A stretch of DNA of 63,934 bases, the filler included, from Perkinsus chesapeaki ATCC PRA-425 (Eukaryota > Protista > Perkinsozoa): the NCBI GenBank assembly GCA_013115145.1. It is 3 parts of 3 records of this genome, joined end to end, with 100 filler letters (N's around TTAATTAATTAA, not from the genome) between each part and the next. Parts side by side here need not be neighbours in the genome. Positions count along the whole stretch, not along the records: positions 1 to 29,734 come from JAAPAO010000449.1; positions 29,835 to 43,214 come from JAAPAO010000790.1; 1 more part is not named here. The stretch is one strand, 5' to 3'. This document shows positions 24,376 through 37,360 of the stretch, in pieces. A program made the position numbers and the translations under genes. The notes under the pieces were generated by a model. That model saw only the letters and a program-made list of their open reading frames with translations, did no database searches and was not told the DNA's origin. Numbering within the stretch: the stretch's first letter is position 1; each line of letters starts with the position of its first letter.

Positions 24376-25878
24376 ATTAGCGTTATGCCTGTTATTATAC
24401 GACAAATGTAGATATAATGTCATGACAGATGACTATATTAACTTGTTACTCTGTTTGTTTCATACTAAACTTCTCAGATAAGAAGTATCAATCTTCAACA
24501 AACTCATTTGTGTTGCTGAGTTAAGACATATGCTTAATGCGTCTGAAGTTCAAACTCTAAACCCGTCAAGTGCCATCCTGTGCCTTTTGCGCTACATTGC
24601 TCGAGTCTGAGTAATAATGATGAACCTGATGGAAAAATAATTTTTTAGATCAATTGTGTGGTTTGAAATAGCCAGTATTCATAACAACAACTTTGCTCGC
24701 TCGGAATGGTACCAATGTGAGAGAGACCAGAGCTGTTGAGAATGTGAGAGAAACCAACCCATCAAAGATGTTATTGTTGTTGTTTCAGTTAATAGTCCGA
24801 CGCCCTTCGGGCTTAGTCAGACTCCAGTCTACCGCATCTTGCCTTGTGTAGTTGTAGTTAAGATGTGATCAAATGTAATGTGTGTTCCACTCTGGGCCAG
24901 TGGACCACTAATCGACCCGAGTGTGAGCACATATTCGCCTGCTTACACAAATTGTTATCTACTCGATAGCTCCGTTGTCGAGAGGAGCCCGTAACCATGG
25001 GGGCGTCGCTCACCCTTCACCCTCACTCAACCAGAATTCTATTTCGATAAGGTCTCATGTAATCATAGTAAACAGCTAAGCCATAGAACTGTTATTATTG
25101 GCTCAAGGATTGAGCTGAGTGTGCCGATGACCTTACTCACCATCTGCTTTTGTTACCCTCACCTGCAGCTCTTGAACGCCCGAAGTAGACATTTTAGCAT
25201 GTCACGTCACTCGGGATGGCTATTAGAATCATCAAGTAGCTTTTCTACTCTCTCGCAGATTTTTCTTCTTCTTATCTTCGCTCCATTAGTTAATCACCAC
25301 AAGAGTACCATATCGGCTGCTGCTGCTTCCTACCACTGATGTCGTTTGTCAACAACACTTGTACTTGAGCGGGGGACAACTATGACTTACATATAACTCA
25401 ATTGCAGCAGGTCTGAAGCTCAATCTGCCCAGCCTCTTGGGTCGGGGATGGATCTCTACGCACAAACTTACACGTACGATTGTAGCCGTTACAAGACTAC
25501 TTGCACGGTGGTGGGGGGGCACTGTCCTCTGGAAGAAGGCAATATGGTATTATATGTAAACACGCGCTGGTGTTGAGGAAAAAGAAGAAGGGTGTTGAGG
25601 AGGAGGTTTGGGGGAACTTGTCGTTGCTTGATAGAATGAACCACGAATGTATTATTAAACTTACGGGGTAGGGCTGCTGCTCATGCTGCTTATATACTAT
25701 AACGCAAGATGAAGCAGTTTAATGTATATTAATGATTATGACTTAAGTCGGCTACTACTTGAAGTAATATTAGCTGTTTGAAGCTGCGAGATTATGACAT
25801 GTGAAATGAACATGAATGGTACATTAATAATGAGCCACTTCATTACAACAAGTGTGACAATAATCACCATCATCATCA

Positions 25879-27411
25879 TCATTTATTATTATTTTTCTTA
25901 TACCAACCATAAAGCCAGTGACCTTGATGACACTTCTTTAGATCAGAATGATATTTACCATTCTTAAACTTAATATTTCCAGAGAAGTCAACGTCTTGAA
26001 ATATCTGTACCTTGAACCATTATACTGCACATGAGGAGGAGGAGAAGAAGGGTACTACTACTACTACTACTTACAATGTCATCTCCTATTATTATTGGTT
26101 TACCCCCGTTACTTTTTATATCTTTATTATTACTATTTAACAGCCACTAAAAATAGCATTGTTATTATTATTAGTATCCTATATTGTAATACTTTATCAA
26201 ATGCCTCCCTAACAACAGCTGGTCCTGTATATGCCTCTAACGTATTAGGAAACTTAGCTAGGGGAGATGGTGTATTATTTATTATATTTCTTATAGCAGC
26301 TTGTAGAGCATTCTAGATATACACATGCATATTAAACTACAGTCAACAACTCATAATCACGTACTTTAGTAACAATATGTCTTGGACGAAACATCATAAC
26401 ATATTGTGCGATATATGGTGTTGATGTTGATGATTCAATACTTGTTACTATTGTTGTATTTTGGTTAATCCATTCACGTAATGGTTTATTTATAACTGCA
26501 TCTATATCAGCATAAACACCTCCATATTCATATAATATCTAATAGTTATGGATAATAACAACAACGTTATTGGTATTATTATCATTACAGCTAGTCGCCA
26601 TATATCAGCTATAGCTACACCTATACCATGTGTTTTAAATAACATATTTAATTCTTTCAATGCTTTAATAATATCATCTACTGTAACTGGTAGGTTACGA
26701 GATGTTAACAAATATTCAATAACTGCATTATCATCATAGAAACGATAGGTGTATCTATTATTTATAAATTGTTATTATTATTTTAATATTATCACTCAGG
26801 ATTCATCCCTGCCCAATTAAGTGCATTCTGTGCCATTTTATGTGGCATACGTGATGTCTTATATGTTTGCCATATTATTCTAGGTATACTTTGCTTAAGT
26901 ATATTACCCATCTAACAACAACAATAATAGTAATTAATATTATTAATAATAACAACCTCATTATATAATATAGCTCTTGGAGGTATTATTGATGCTATTT
27001 GTAATGTAACACCTTCGCATAGTAATAATGGTGTATTGTCGTTATTCATATTATGGTATTTCATAAGACTATTGTTTTCCGCATGTGTTTGTATAAATTG
27101 TATAGTATTCATATTATTCTTACCCAGTACTGATGATGATCTGATATGAGAATTATGTATTATATTATAATAATATACCTTTTATGTGTTTCATTATTAT
27201 CATCATATTTATTTATTGTTTTATAATGTATATCACTTAACGTATATACTAAAGGATGTAATATCTAATATTATAATAATGATAACAGCATATAATATAT
27301 TATCACATTATTATTGTGTATTATTATTATAACTAATGTAATAATAATAATTATCATTGTAATAATCATACTAATATACTTCCATTGTACTACTCTATTT
27401 GACATTGTCAT
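25879..27411 (-). CDS. Glycosyltransferase family 32 (OCH1/DXD-type), type II membrane protein, multi-exon
   Basis: Spliced: N-terminal hydrophobic anchor, IPRIIWQTYKT, MNPEYTYRFYDD, ADIWRLAILYEYGGVYADID, YTGPAVV, terminal QGHW. Confidence 0.9.
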
Positions 27412-27556
27412 CTATATAATATGATTATGACTAATAATTAAATATGATAATAATAACTAAACACTGTAATGATAATAATACTAGTAGTAGTAAGATAGAC
27501 ATCATATTGTATAATAATAACAACATGACATGTAACATTTAAGTTGGTATTATTTA

Positions 27557-28547
27557 CTAATCAACATTATCATCATTATCTATTATTAATCTACAATCCA
27601 TCCTTACTGGTATATTAATACTTCTCATTCTATCAATAGGTCTGATATCAACAGGCAGTATTATTATTATAATCCAATTGTTATTATTATTATTAGTGTA
27701 TTGCCTCCTACCTTTGCCTTTGTGCAATAGCTGCCCAGACTTCAGCACTATCCAATGATGACATATTATTTTTAATATATTTTAATGCACATCTCTTAGC
27801 TATTGCTAATCTACCTTTAATACCCATATCTATCCACATATTATTATTCATTGATAATAACATACCTATATCATATCTAACAACAACACTAATAACAATA
27901 ACATTGACAAGTTTTCAATAATAGTTTGTATTACATCCCATATGTAACACATTTATATTTAATATTATCACGTTTGCTATTATCTTCTTCTATTGTTATT
28001 ATTTGTGATTTTGTTGTCATGCTACTATCATTAATATCAATACAACTTAATGAACTACTCCCTCCTTGTACTCCTTCCCCTTCTGGTGGTGGTGTTACTG
28101 TCATATTACGTGGATCAACATTACTAGCAGCTGGATCTACTAAAGATGCTTCTATCAATACCTATTATATGTATTAATAGAGTATTAGTAGTATGATAAG
28201 TATTATTATTATTACATCTGTTAACATATCTAATTTATTCTTATTACGTCTATGTAATATTAATGACATATTATCTTTACTCTCTTTACTTATTATATAT
28301 TTATTATTATATCTATATATAACATCTCTATATCATCATATTATTATTAATATACTATATATTGCTATTACACAGTATTAGCCAACCTATTATTATGTTG
28401 TATATCAAGTGTATTATTGTTATTATCATCTCTTAAACTAAATTGTTTAACATATTGCATTGGTAGTCGTGATGTTCTTGTAGTAGTAGTATTATATAAT
28501 GATTTACTGTAATCCTCCAATGAAGTAGAGGATGATGATGATAACAT
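27557..28547 (-). CDS. Hypothetical multi-exon protein, roughly 240 aa
   Basis: GT-AG introns join frames VLIEASLVDPAAS..., GRLAIAKRCALKYIK...EVWAAIAQRQR, PIDRMRSINIP; no family recognised. Confidence 0.5.
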
Positions 28548-28738
28548 AACTACTACTACTTTATATACAATCTGTCACGTCCGATGAAATATTAACAAAA
28601 ACAACAATAATAACAATATAAATGGTAATAATAATAGAAACGAGGAATGGTGGTGATTAGTATTACTATTTATTATACAATAATAAGTATTGAATAATAT
28701 TTCATCATTGACAGTTGACAGTATCAGTTCCCTCCTCC

Positions 28739-29258
28739 TCATTGTAAACAATCATAAACATGTTTCTGTAACTGTGACATTGGTATATTATCCTTACCAC
28801 ATACTGGACATGTACCAACATGTATAACCTAATATTATTATTATAAAAAGTACTACTACCAATAATATTATTACTACCTCTGTTGGAGGTGTTCCACTAT
28901 TATTAGTATCCATCATCATTATAGAGGATGATGATGATGCTCCTACTACTTCTTGTGGTGTCATTAAATCCAAGTCACCAGATAAGTTGTGTGGAGTGCC
29001 GTGTCGTGGTGGATGCTGTATCGATTGCATCTAACAAGATTATAATAGTAGTATATTGTATGTATTAAGATACTAATGCTTATTATTATTGTTGTAGTTC
29101 TACCCCGCCCCCCTTCCCTCCTTATATTACATATTCTTTAGCCATCTCATGACTATCTTCTACAGGTAAGCCTATATCTAACATCTCACCAAATTTACTC
29201 CAATACTTGGAATTATTCCATAACCCTAAGCATAATACTGTGTCGTATAGTAGTCGAG

Positions 29259-29295
<37 letters not shown>

Positions 29296-29540
29296 CTGAA
29301 TATACTAATTCACTTTTAATATTATTTGATACCATCATTTGATAACCACTAAAATCAATACCACCACCACCAGCAGCAGCACCGCTACTACTAGACTGCT
29401 GCTGCTGCTGTAGTGTAGATGATGTTGTTGTTGGTTGATGTTGTGACTTATTGTTATTATCTATAACATATGTTATTATTATTACTATTATTATTATACC
29501 ATACTTTTATTATTATTATGATAAAGTGTTGTTCTTCTTC

Positions 29541-29571
<31 letters not shown>

Positions 29572-29640
29572 CTTACGTTGACTATTACTCGATGATGATG
29601 ATGATGATGTATTATTATTATATACGTGATGTTGTTGTTG
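28739..29640 (-). CDS. 3' part of a gene ending in a UBZ4 (Rad18-type) zinc finger; 5' end lies in or beyond the gap
   Basis: Last exon 28739-28828 = VIHVGTCPVCGKDNIPMSQLQKHVYDCLQ*; several upstream exons join with consistent phases. Confidence 0.7.
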
Positions 29641-29654
29641 ATTGCTACTACTAT

Positions 29655-29663
29655 TACTATTAC

Positions 29664-29734
<71 letters not shown>
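29655..29734. repeat. (ATT)n microsatellite running into the gap
   Basis: Direct reading. Confidence 0.95.
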
Positions 29735-29834
29735 NNNNNNNNNNNNNNNNNNNNNNNNNNNNNNNNNNNNNNNNNNNNTTAATTAATTAANNNNNNNNNN
29801 NNNNNNNNNNNNNNNNNNNNNNNNNNNNNNNNNN
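29735..29834. other. Artificial contig join
   Basis: 44 N + TTAATTAATTAA (stops in all six frames) + 44 N = 100 nt. Confidence 0.95.
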
Positions 29835-30864
29835 GCTTGTGTCGTGCGCTGTCTCTCGGGTTAGTCGGTTCGCTTAAACTTCGCTCACGGTATCCGTGGC
29901 TTGCACGGAAATGTGAGAAATACTGCTGCTGCTGCTCCTGCTCCTGCTGCTGCTGCTTCACCACGACACAAGTGTTTCGCTTTACACATTCAAAATTGGA
30001 TTGAAAGGTTGATAATAACATCTGCGGCAGCGTCATAGCTATCCCGGCCAGCTGTAATCGCTGGAAGACCGTCCGCCGGACGGTGAAGTTCCATTTTAAA
30101 GCCTTCTACAGAAAGATATTTCACCAAAATATATATAATCGATAGTTTAGTGGAAGCAGTGCCGCTAGTTTGCATGGAGATCACTACGCGCTGATCAAAA
30201 GAGCCATCAGCATTTGACGCGAGAAGAGTATAAGCTGTACCGAGAATCCTTCCACAAATATGAGGACCTTAATAAGCTCTCACGCAGGCGAGCAGCAGCT
30301 GAAATTCTCCAAGTCAACGAGCCGATCTTCATGAGACTTCCTCACGAGGCTGGAAGTAGGTTTAGCTATGAAATTAGGTGTTGCAACCAACATAAAGGCT
30401 AGTAGTAGAATAGCGGTAGAATAGTTATGAATTCGCCTATGGAAATACGACCGACCGATATTACCGTAACTCATGGAGTAATTGTTAAAGTAAGCAGTAG
30501 CCTTCTCCAAACTACTACTAAACACTGCCTTACATTAGCCCTTGTTCATTACTAATGCTGATATATCACACTCACTTTCACGTGAAGGTTAAATAGTAAC
30601 AACTGCAAGTGATCAGTTGGAGGAACACCTGTACGATCAAAAATAACATGCACACGGCTCAATTAGAAAATTGCAAATGTCAAGTCTCTCGCTGGCCCCA
30701 ATAAGCGTGATGATACTGATAAACCCAACAGTTACCAATGAAAACTTTATAATTACATCAATAAAAAATTACCATCACTACAACTACGGCCTCTACTGAA
30801 AGGTACAGAAATATAGAATTTCTGATAGAAAAATCGACAAATCTGGCCCGGCACATTCCCCCAG

Positions 30865-32629
<1,765 letters not shown>

Positions 32630-33441
32630 TGGAGCGAAGAGTTGTGAGTGAACAACACTGGCTGTCGGATGGGAAGTGTTGCAAAAAGTGCTTATTGAAG
32701 TACCAAATGAACAACAGTCGTTAATCTAGGAACAGGTTGATTGTGGTGGCCATCAGCAATGCTGCTGATATGAAGGATTTGGATAAGTTATAATGTGCAC
32801 GGCTCGTGCAGGATTGATGGAAGAGACATCTGAAGAATAGTGAAGCGATATAATGACGCACAGTTCTTGGGTTGGAAACAGAACGACTAGATATGAATTG
32901 ATATCTAACTGATAGTCTACAGCTTGAGCACCACCTTGGTACTATATCAATACCAAATTCAGCAACTGAACCAATGAATCGCGAAGTAGTACTAAGAGCT
33001 CGGTAATCAAATGGCGGCTGACCCCGAATTTAATTTGGTAATACCAGAATGAAAGCGAGAGAGAGTCCGAGAGAGGATTGGATCAAAGTTCAATAATCAA
33101 ACTAAAGCCAACCATAAGGAGCATCTGAGGATTTCATTGTAAAACGTAAGGCGCGCACATTGGTAACCGATTAGAATGGCGAGCGCGGTAAGCAATTCAG
33201 GCCGTAGCCGTAACAGACTGGGGATACTAGCAGTGACGTGTAGGCGTCACTGACATGCCTACATCTATTAAACGATTGCGATATACTGGAGATGCCCCGT
33301 AACGGGAACCCCGTTACGCCAGGATGCTTTACGGATCTCAGATTACGCAACGCGTTGTTGTCCGGTTTCACACATATTACACGTTGATCATCGGCGGCCG
33401 ATGTGTAAGAGCATGTGGTGTGAACACGGTCAATCGTCAAT

Positions 33442-33616
33442 TCGTACACCCCAGAATCATACACATAAAACCCGTATACATAACAATCGTACACAATTCG
33501 TACACCAAAAAAACCGTATACCGAAAACCCGTACACCGTCAGTTCGAACACCACGAGAACTCGTACACTTCGCAGCCATGTACGAGTTTTCAGTGAACGA
33601 GACGTGAACATCCCGT
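33442..33616. repeat. Array of YCRWAYAC octamers at ~15-bp period, followed by inverted copies
   Basis: Cores at 33442, 33457, 33472, 33487, 33498, 33514, 33529, 33544, 33561; inverted at 33578, 33593. Confidence 0.85.
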
Positions 33617-34398
33617 GAACACGCGCAGTCAGCACGCGGCGCCACGCGTACTGGATAACGATTACAAAAGCCCTCCCGAGTTGAAGAATCGAGCTCATCT
33701 AGGGTTTATCCATGGGCTAACGATCCTAGTGTCTTGTTGGTGCACGAAATCAAAGTTGGCAGAAATGTGGCAAGCGCAGCCTACGCAGCGTGGGCCACTC
33801 TACTCGGACTCCAACCAACCTCTGGATGCATTAACACGATATGTAATTCACGTTGTTACACATCCAAACATGGGTTAGGGCGTTATTCCATGGTATCAAA
33901 ACACAAAATCATTCAAACCTCTAGTGACTTGCATCAATACACACTGTGTTGTGTCCTGTATCCGTAAACCTCTATCTTGCCGGAGTTCGGTTGTTGTGCC
34001 CGCGCAGAAATAGATTAGCTATATTAGCTATAAGGGAGCGCAATAAATTGTGCGCCGCCGCGCTGTGCGCTTGTGTGCTATTTGCAAATGCGTGCTGTCC
34101 GTTAATTATAACTGATAAATCATCATTGTTTGAGACTTGTCGTGTCGTGATTACTTGGGTCTTTACAGGCAGTTTTCATGAGACTTGTTTCGAGAGAGTT
34201 TCTCCTCGACGCTACTCCTCTCGTCGTGCGACAGCATCTCCTACACAAGTGATTTGAAGGGTATCAAACTACTTCCTTGAATTGAGTTCTCGTGAGAGTT
34301 GGTTACAACAACTAGACATGCACTATGGACTCGCCGCGACTAAGTCGTGTACATACGCAACTCATAGAACATGGAACTATTAACATGCTCGGAGACTA

Positions 34399-34540
34399 AC
34401 ATCGAACACTCATACACATAATTTATGTGTATGAGTGTTCGATGTATGAGTATCAAGTGTACGAGTTAAAAGTGTACGGCTCTTCGGTGTGCGAGTCGAA
34501 GATGTACGAGTTTTCAGTGTACGAGACGTGAACACCCCGT
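34399..34540. repeat. Perfect 47-nt palindrome plus inverted 15-bp-period GTGTACGA-type array
   Basis: 23-bp arms 34399-34421 and 34423-34445; cores at 34427, 34442, 34457, 34472, 34487, 34502, 34517. Confidence 0.9.
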
Positions 34541-35120
34541 CGAGGAAGCAGAGACCAGCTTACCGCATAGCTTGCTGAGTGCCGCGAGAGGTGCCGTTAG
34601 CGCAGCGGTTAGGTTGCGGAGCTCCTCCGGAATGCGCTCTCTCTTTGACGTTGGCAGGGTCAAATAAATGGTCGAATAAACGGGACTGTATTTTCGAGAT
34701 GAGCTCTTCACACTCTAGCTCCGCTTTGGCGGATACAGTAGTTCTCCTCGAGAAGGCTCAGCTGGGGAGTGCTCTTGGATCGCTGCGAATACCCCGTCCG
34801 CCACTTTTCAAAAGTGTCTTTTATGTCTCCTATAACTTCGAAGTCATTTGGAATGTCGTCTGCAAGACTGATATCGGAGTACTCACACAGGGACAGTACC
34901 TCCTTTAAGAGGGGAATGTTGATGCGTCCAGCGACGTTTAGGACGTTGGGATGCATACTCTCGCGAAGCTTGTTGGCTTCTGGCTGCAGCGACCCTGCGC
35001 GCTTCTCAATCGCCTGCAGCTTTCCGACTTCCGACTGGAAACTTTCCGCCATTTCCGTGCGCAATTTCAAACACCCTAGCGTCACGCGTGTCTTACGATA
35101 GCACGCATACGCTCGCACGC
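34541..35120 (-). mobile_element. Degenerate retroelement-like coding fragment (tentatively tyrosine-recombinase/DIRS-like pol N-terminal region)
   Basis: VAGRINIPLLKEVLSLCEYSDISLADDIPNDFEVIGDI recalls the region preceding RT in dinoflagellate-lineage DIRS-like elements; frameshifted and truncated; recognised from memory only. Confidence 0.35.
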
Positions 35121-35211
35121 ATACACCAAGTCAGCACCGCCTCTCTAATCCATTATATATTAATAATATTGATTCAATAAGCACAGTTGTTCCATTTTGA
35201 ATTCCCCAAAG

Positions 35212-35655
35212 ATGAAGCGTTCCGCCATTCATTCCACCCTTATGATTTATGTGGCGTTGTATCTGAGTATACAATATTCCTATGCCTGCAAACCATTTGG
35301 CGCCGGTTTCTATTGCCCATGTAAAGGCACTGAGGGCTCTCTCATTGCTGCTCTTAACGCCTGGCAAGACGAAACGACTTGCCTTCAATACTTGGAGGTC
35401 TACTATAATCTTGCATTTGTCCACTCCCGCTCCGCGACTTGGCTCCGAACCGAAGTCATGGGGTCGGTCTCAGGGGCTATTCAGGTGTATGACCACATGC
35501 TTCCTGAAACGCTCGAACTGATTTATGCCGACGTTCTGACAAATAAGTCACATGAGATCGACTACTTCGAATGGGGGGACATTTATATTACGTATACCAA
35601 AACTGGGCCCACTTTCTACTGTGCCCACAATGGACGCTGTCCAGGACAAGGATAG
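35212..35655 (+). CDS. Hypothetical secreted protein, ~147 aa, intronless
   Basis: MKRSAIHSTLMIYVALYLSIQYSYA signal-like start then CKPFGAGFYCPC...YCAHNGRC. Confidence 0.55.
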   Translation: MKRSAIHSTLMIYVALYLSIQYSYACKPFGAGFYCPCKGTEGSLIAALNAWQDETTCLQYLEVYYNLAFVHSRSATWLRTEVMGSVSGAIQVYDHMLPETLELIYADVLTNKSHEIDYFEWGDIYITYTKTGPTFYCAHNGRCPGQG

Positions 35656-37360
35656 GAGAAGGATGTCATGCTCTATCGAATTCTGTACTACTGGTCAACG
35701 TGATCTGATACGATGGAGAATGAAAGATTTGTTTACCGTAAAGTACAGCAGTATTCATCATAATATCAACACTTGTGTCTGTCGACCTTCGTGTCACATT
35801 GGTGACTAATGTAGGATTTGAACTAGTCATTAGTCCACATCCGTGCCCTTCAGTTCTGCCCCGGAGGCAGTGCCCCCCGATGGCCATCCTCAGCTTGTCA
35901 TTAGCCTGGTGGGTACGAATATTCGAAAATTCTTTTATTCGTCTTTCATGCTTGATAAGAGTCGCGTTACTGGTAAGTATGTTACGATGCTGAGACATAG
36001 TCTAGCCGAGGGCATGGTAAATGCGATAATCAACGAGTCGCTGATTCAACGACCACTGATCACAACAACTCGGCGATGCTGATGTCCGACTTTCATCTTT
36101 ACTTGATTTTTGCCCAGACTGAGCGTGAATAGGGATATTCTACTTCTGAGATGGGTCATCTTCAGACCGGAATGTGACAGCGAAGTCTCACGTAGGGCCG
36201 AAACCTCTATTGAAAAGCTCAGAAAAAATTAATACTTTCTCAGATCAATTTGATCTGCTTTCATGATGTCGGTAAGCCCGCCTATACCATTTCACGCACA
36301 TGTGTCTCACGTACGGTAAATTGGTTGCAAACTGTATCCCATTTGCTCCGATCGACTTCGCTTATTATGAGTCATGTTTTTGTGATCAATCTGTTGCATT
36401 CGCGAGTCTAACCTCACGTGGGTAGCACTAGTGTAGTAGTTTCCACCACTGTAGTGATGACAATTGAATGGCGCAATTGACGACAGACGATACTGCACAT
36501 CGGAAGCGTATCAAGCATTCACCGCAGAACGGGTCTTTGATGGTGCATTGAGACTCCGTTTGCCCAGGTCACTAAATCGTTCTGGGCTTTCACTACTTAA
36601 TTCTCTGACCTTCCGCCCAAGCGTTGGGGTGTAGGACACGGGCTCGCCAACTCGGGCATATTGAGCCTGCTGTTTCCAGGCTTTGTCCGGTTTGGCTCGC
36701 CCCGTCCAGTGCGATCATCGCACCGCTCAGGAGGGTGGTTAAGAAAGAAGAAAAAAGACGGCGTTTCGGCCCGTATCAGACGGAGACTCTCCTTTCCTCG
36801 TGGCTTACACTCAAGGTGACTCACCTTACGCTTCTCGGAGCTGTCCGAGGGCCACGTATATGCCGGTGCTATCCGACAGTGTCGGACCGACACGCGCATT
36901 TGTCATTCTCTGTATCTGGCGCGCTAGCTGTCTCTCGTGGGTGGTGCAACGCACGCACACGCTTGTGCGGCTTGAGCCGAATTAAAACGCCCAATAAATT
37001 GACCACTATTAATAATAGTCTATTATTCTGGGCTATATCAATTTGCTCTGGGCTTTTACTAATTAAATCTTGAAATGGTGTAGTGAAGTTGACACCAAGC
37101 GGTGTAGACTTGGTGTGTCAGCTGGAGACAGCTAAACTGTATATTTGGTCTGCCAGTGGCAGACTGCCACGTCGTTGTCGCGACTCTTTCCGTGTGATTT
37201 TTCGCACTTAACATCCGAAAAGACTTCACGCAAACCTACATCGTTTCTATCAAGCTACTTTATCATCATACAACCAAAAAATTACATCTGCAGTAGTCGG
37301 TATTAAAAAGTACAGTCACTCAGCAAGGAGTCAGGCTCCTTTGCGTAAAACGTTGATAAG

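Noticed and set aside
25079-25107. Spliced-leader relic (AGCCAT...TTGGCTCAAG)
   Set aside because: The halves are split by an unrelated AT-rich stretch and no GT donor follows; similar partial matches at 19670, 22598, 36971 and 43596 are short enough to be chance
28794-28877. Transmembrane helix VVIILLVVVLFIIIILGY in ORF 28794-29030
   Set aside because: Read-through into intron 28829-28877; the spliced frame gives the UBZ4 finger
29451-29786. Poly-Tyr/Leu ORF
   Set aside because: Microsatellite and antisense translation running into Ns
29779-29790. TTAATTAATTAA as a biological palindrome (also 43259-43270)
   Set aside because: Centred in exactly 100-nt N blocks; a standard six-frame-stop assembly linker
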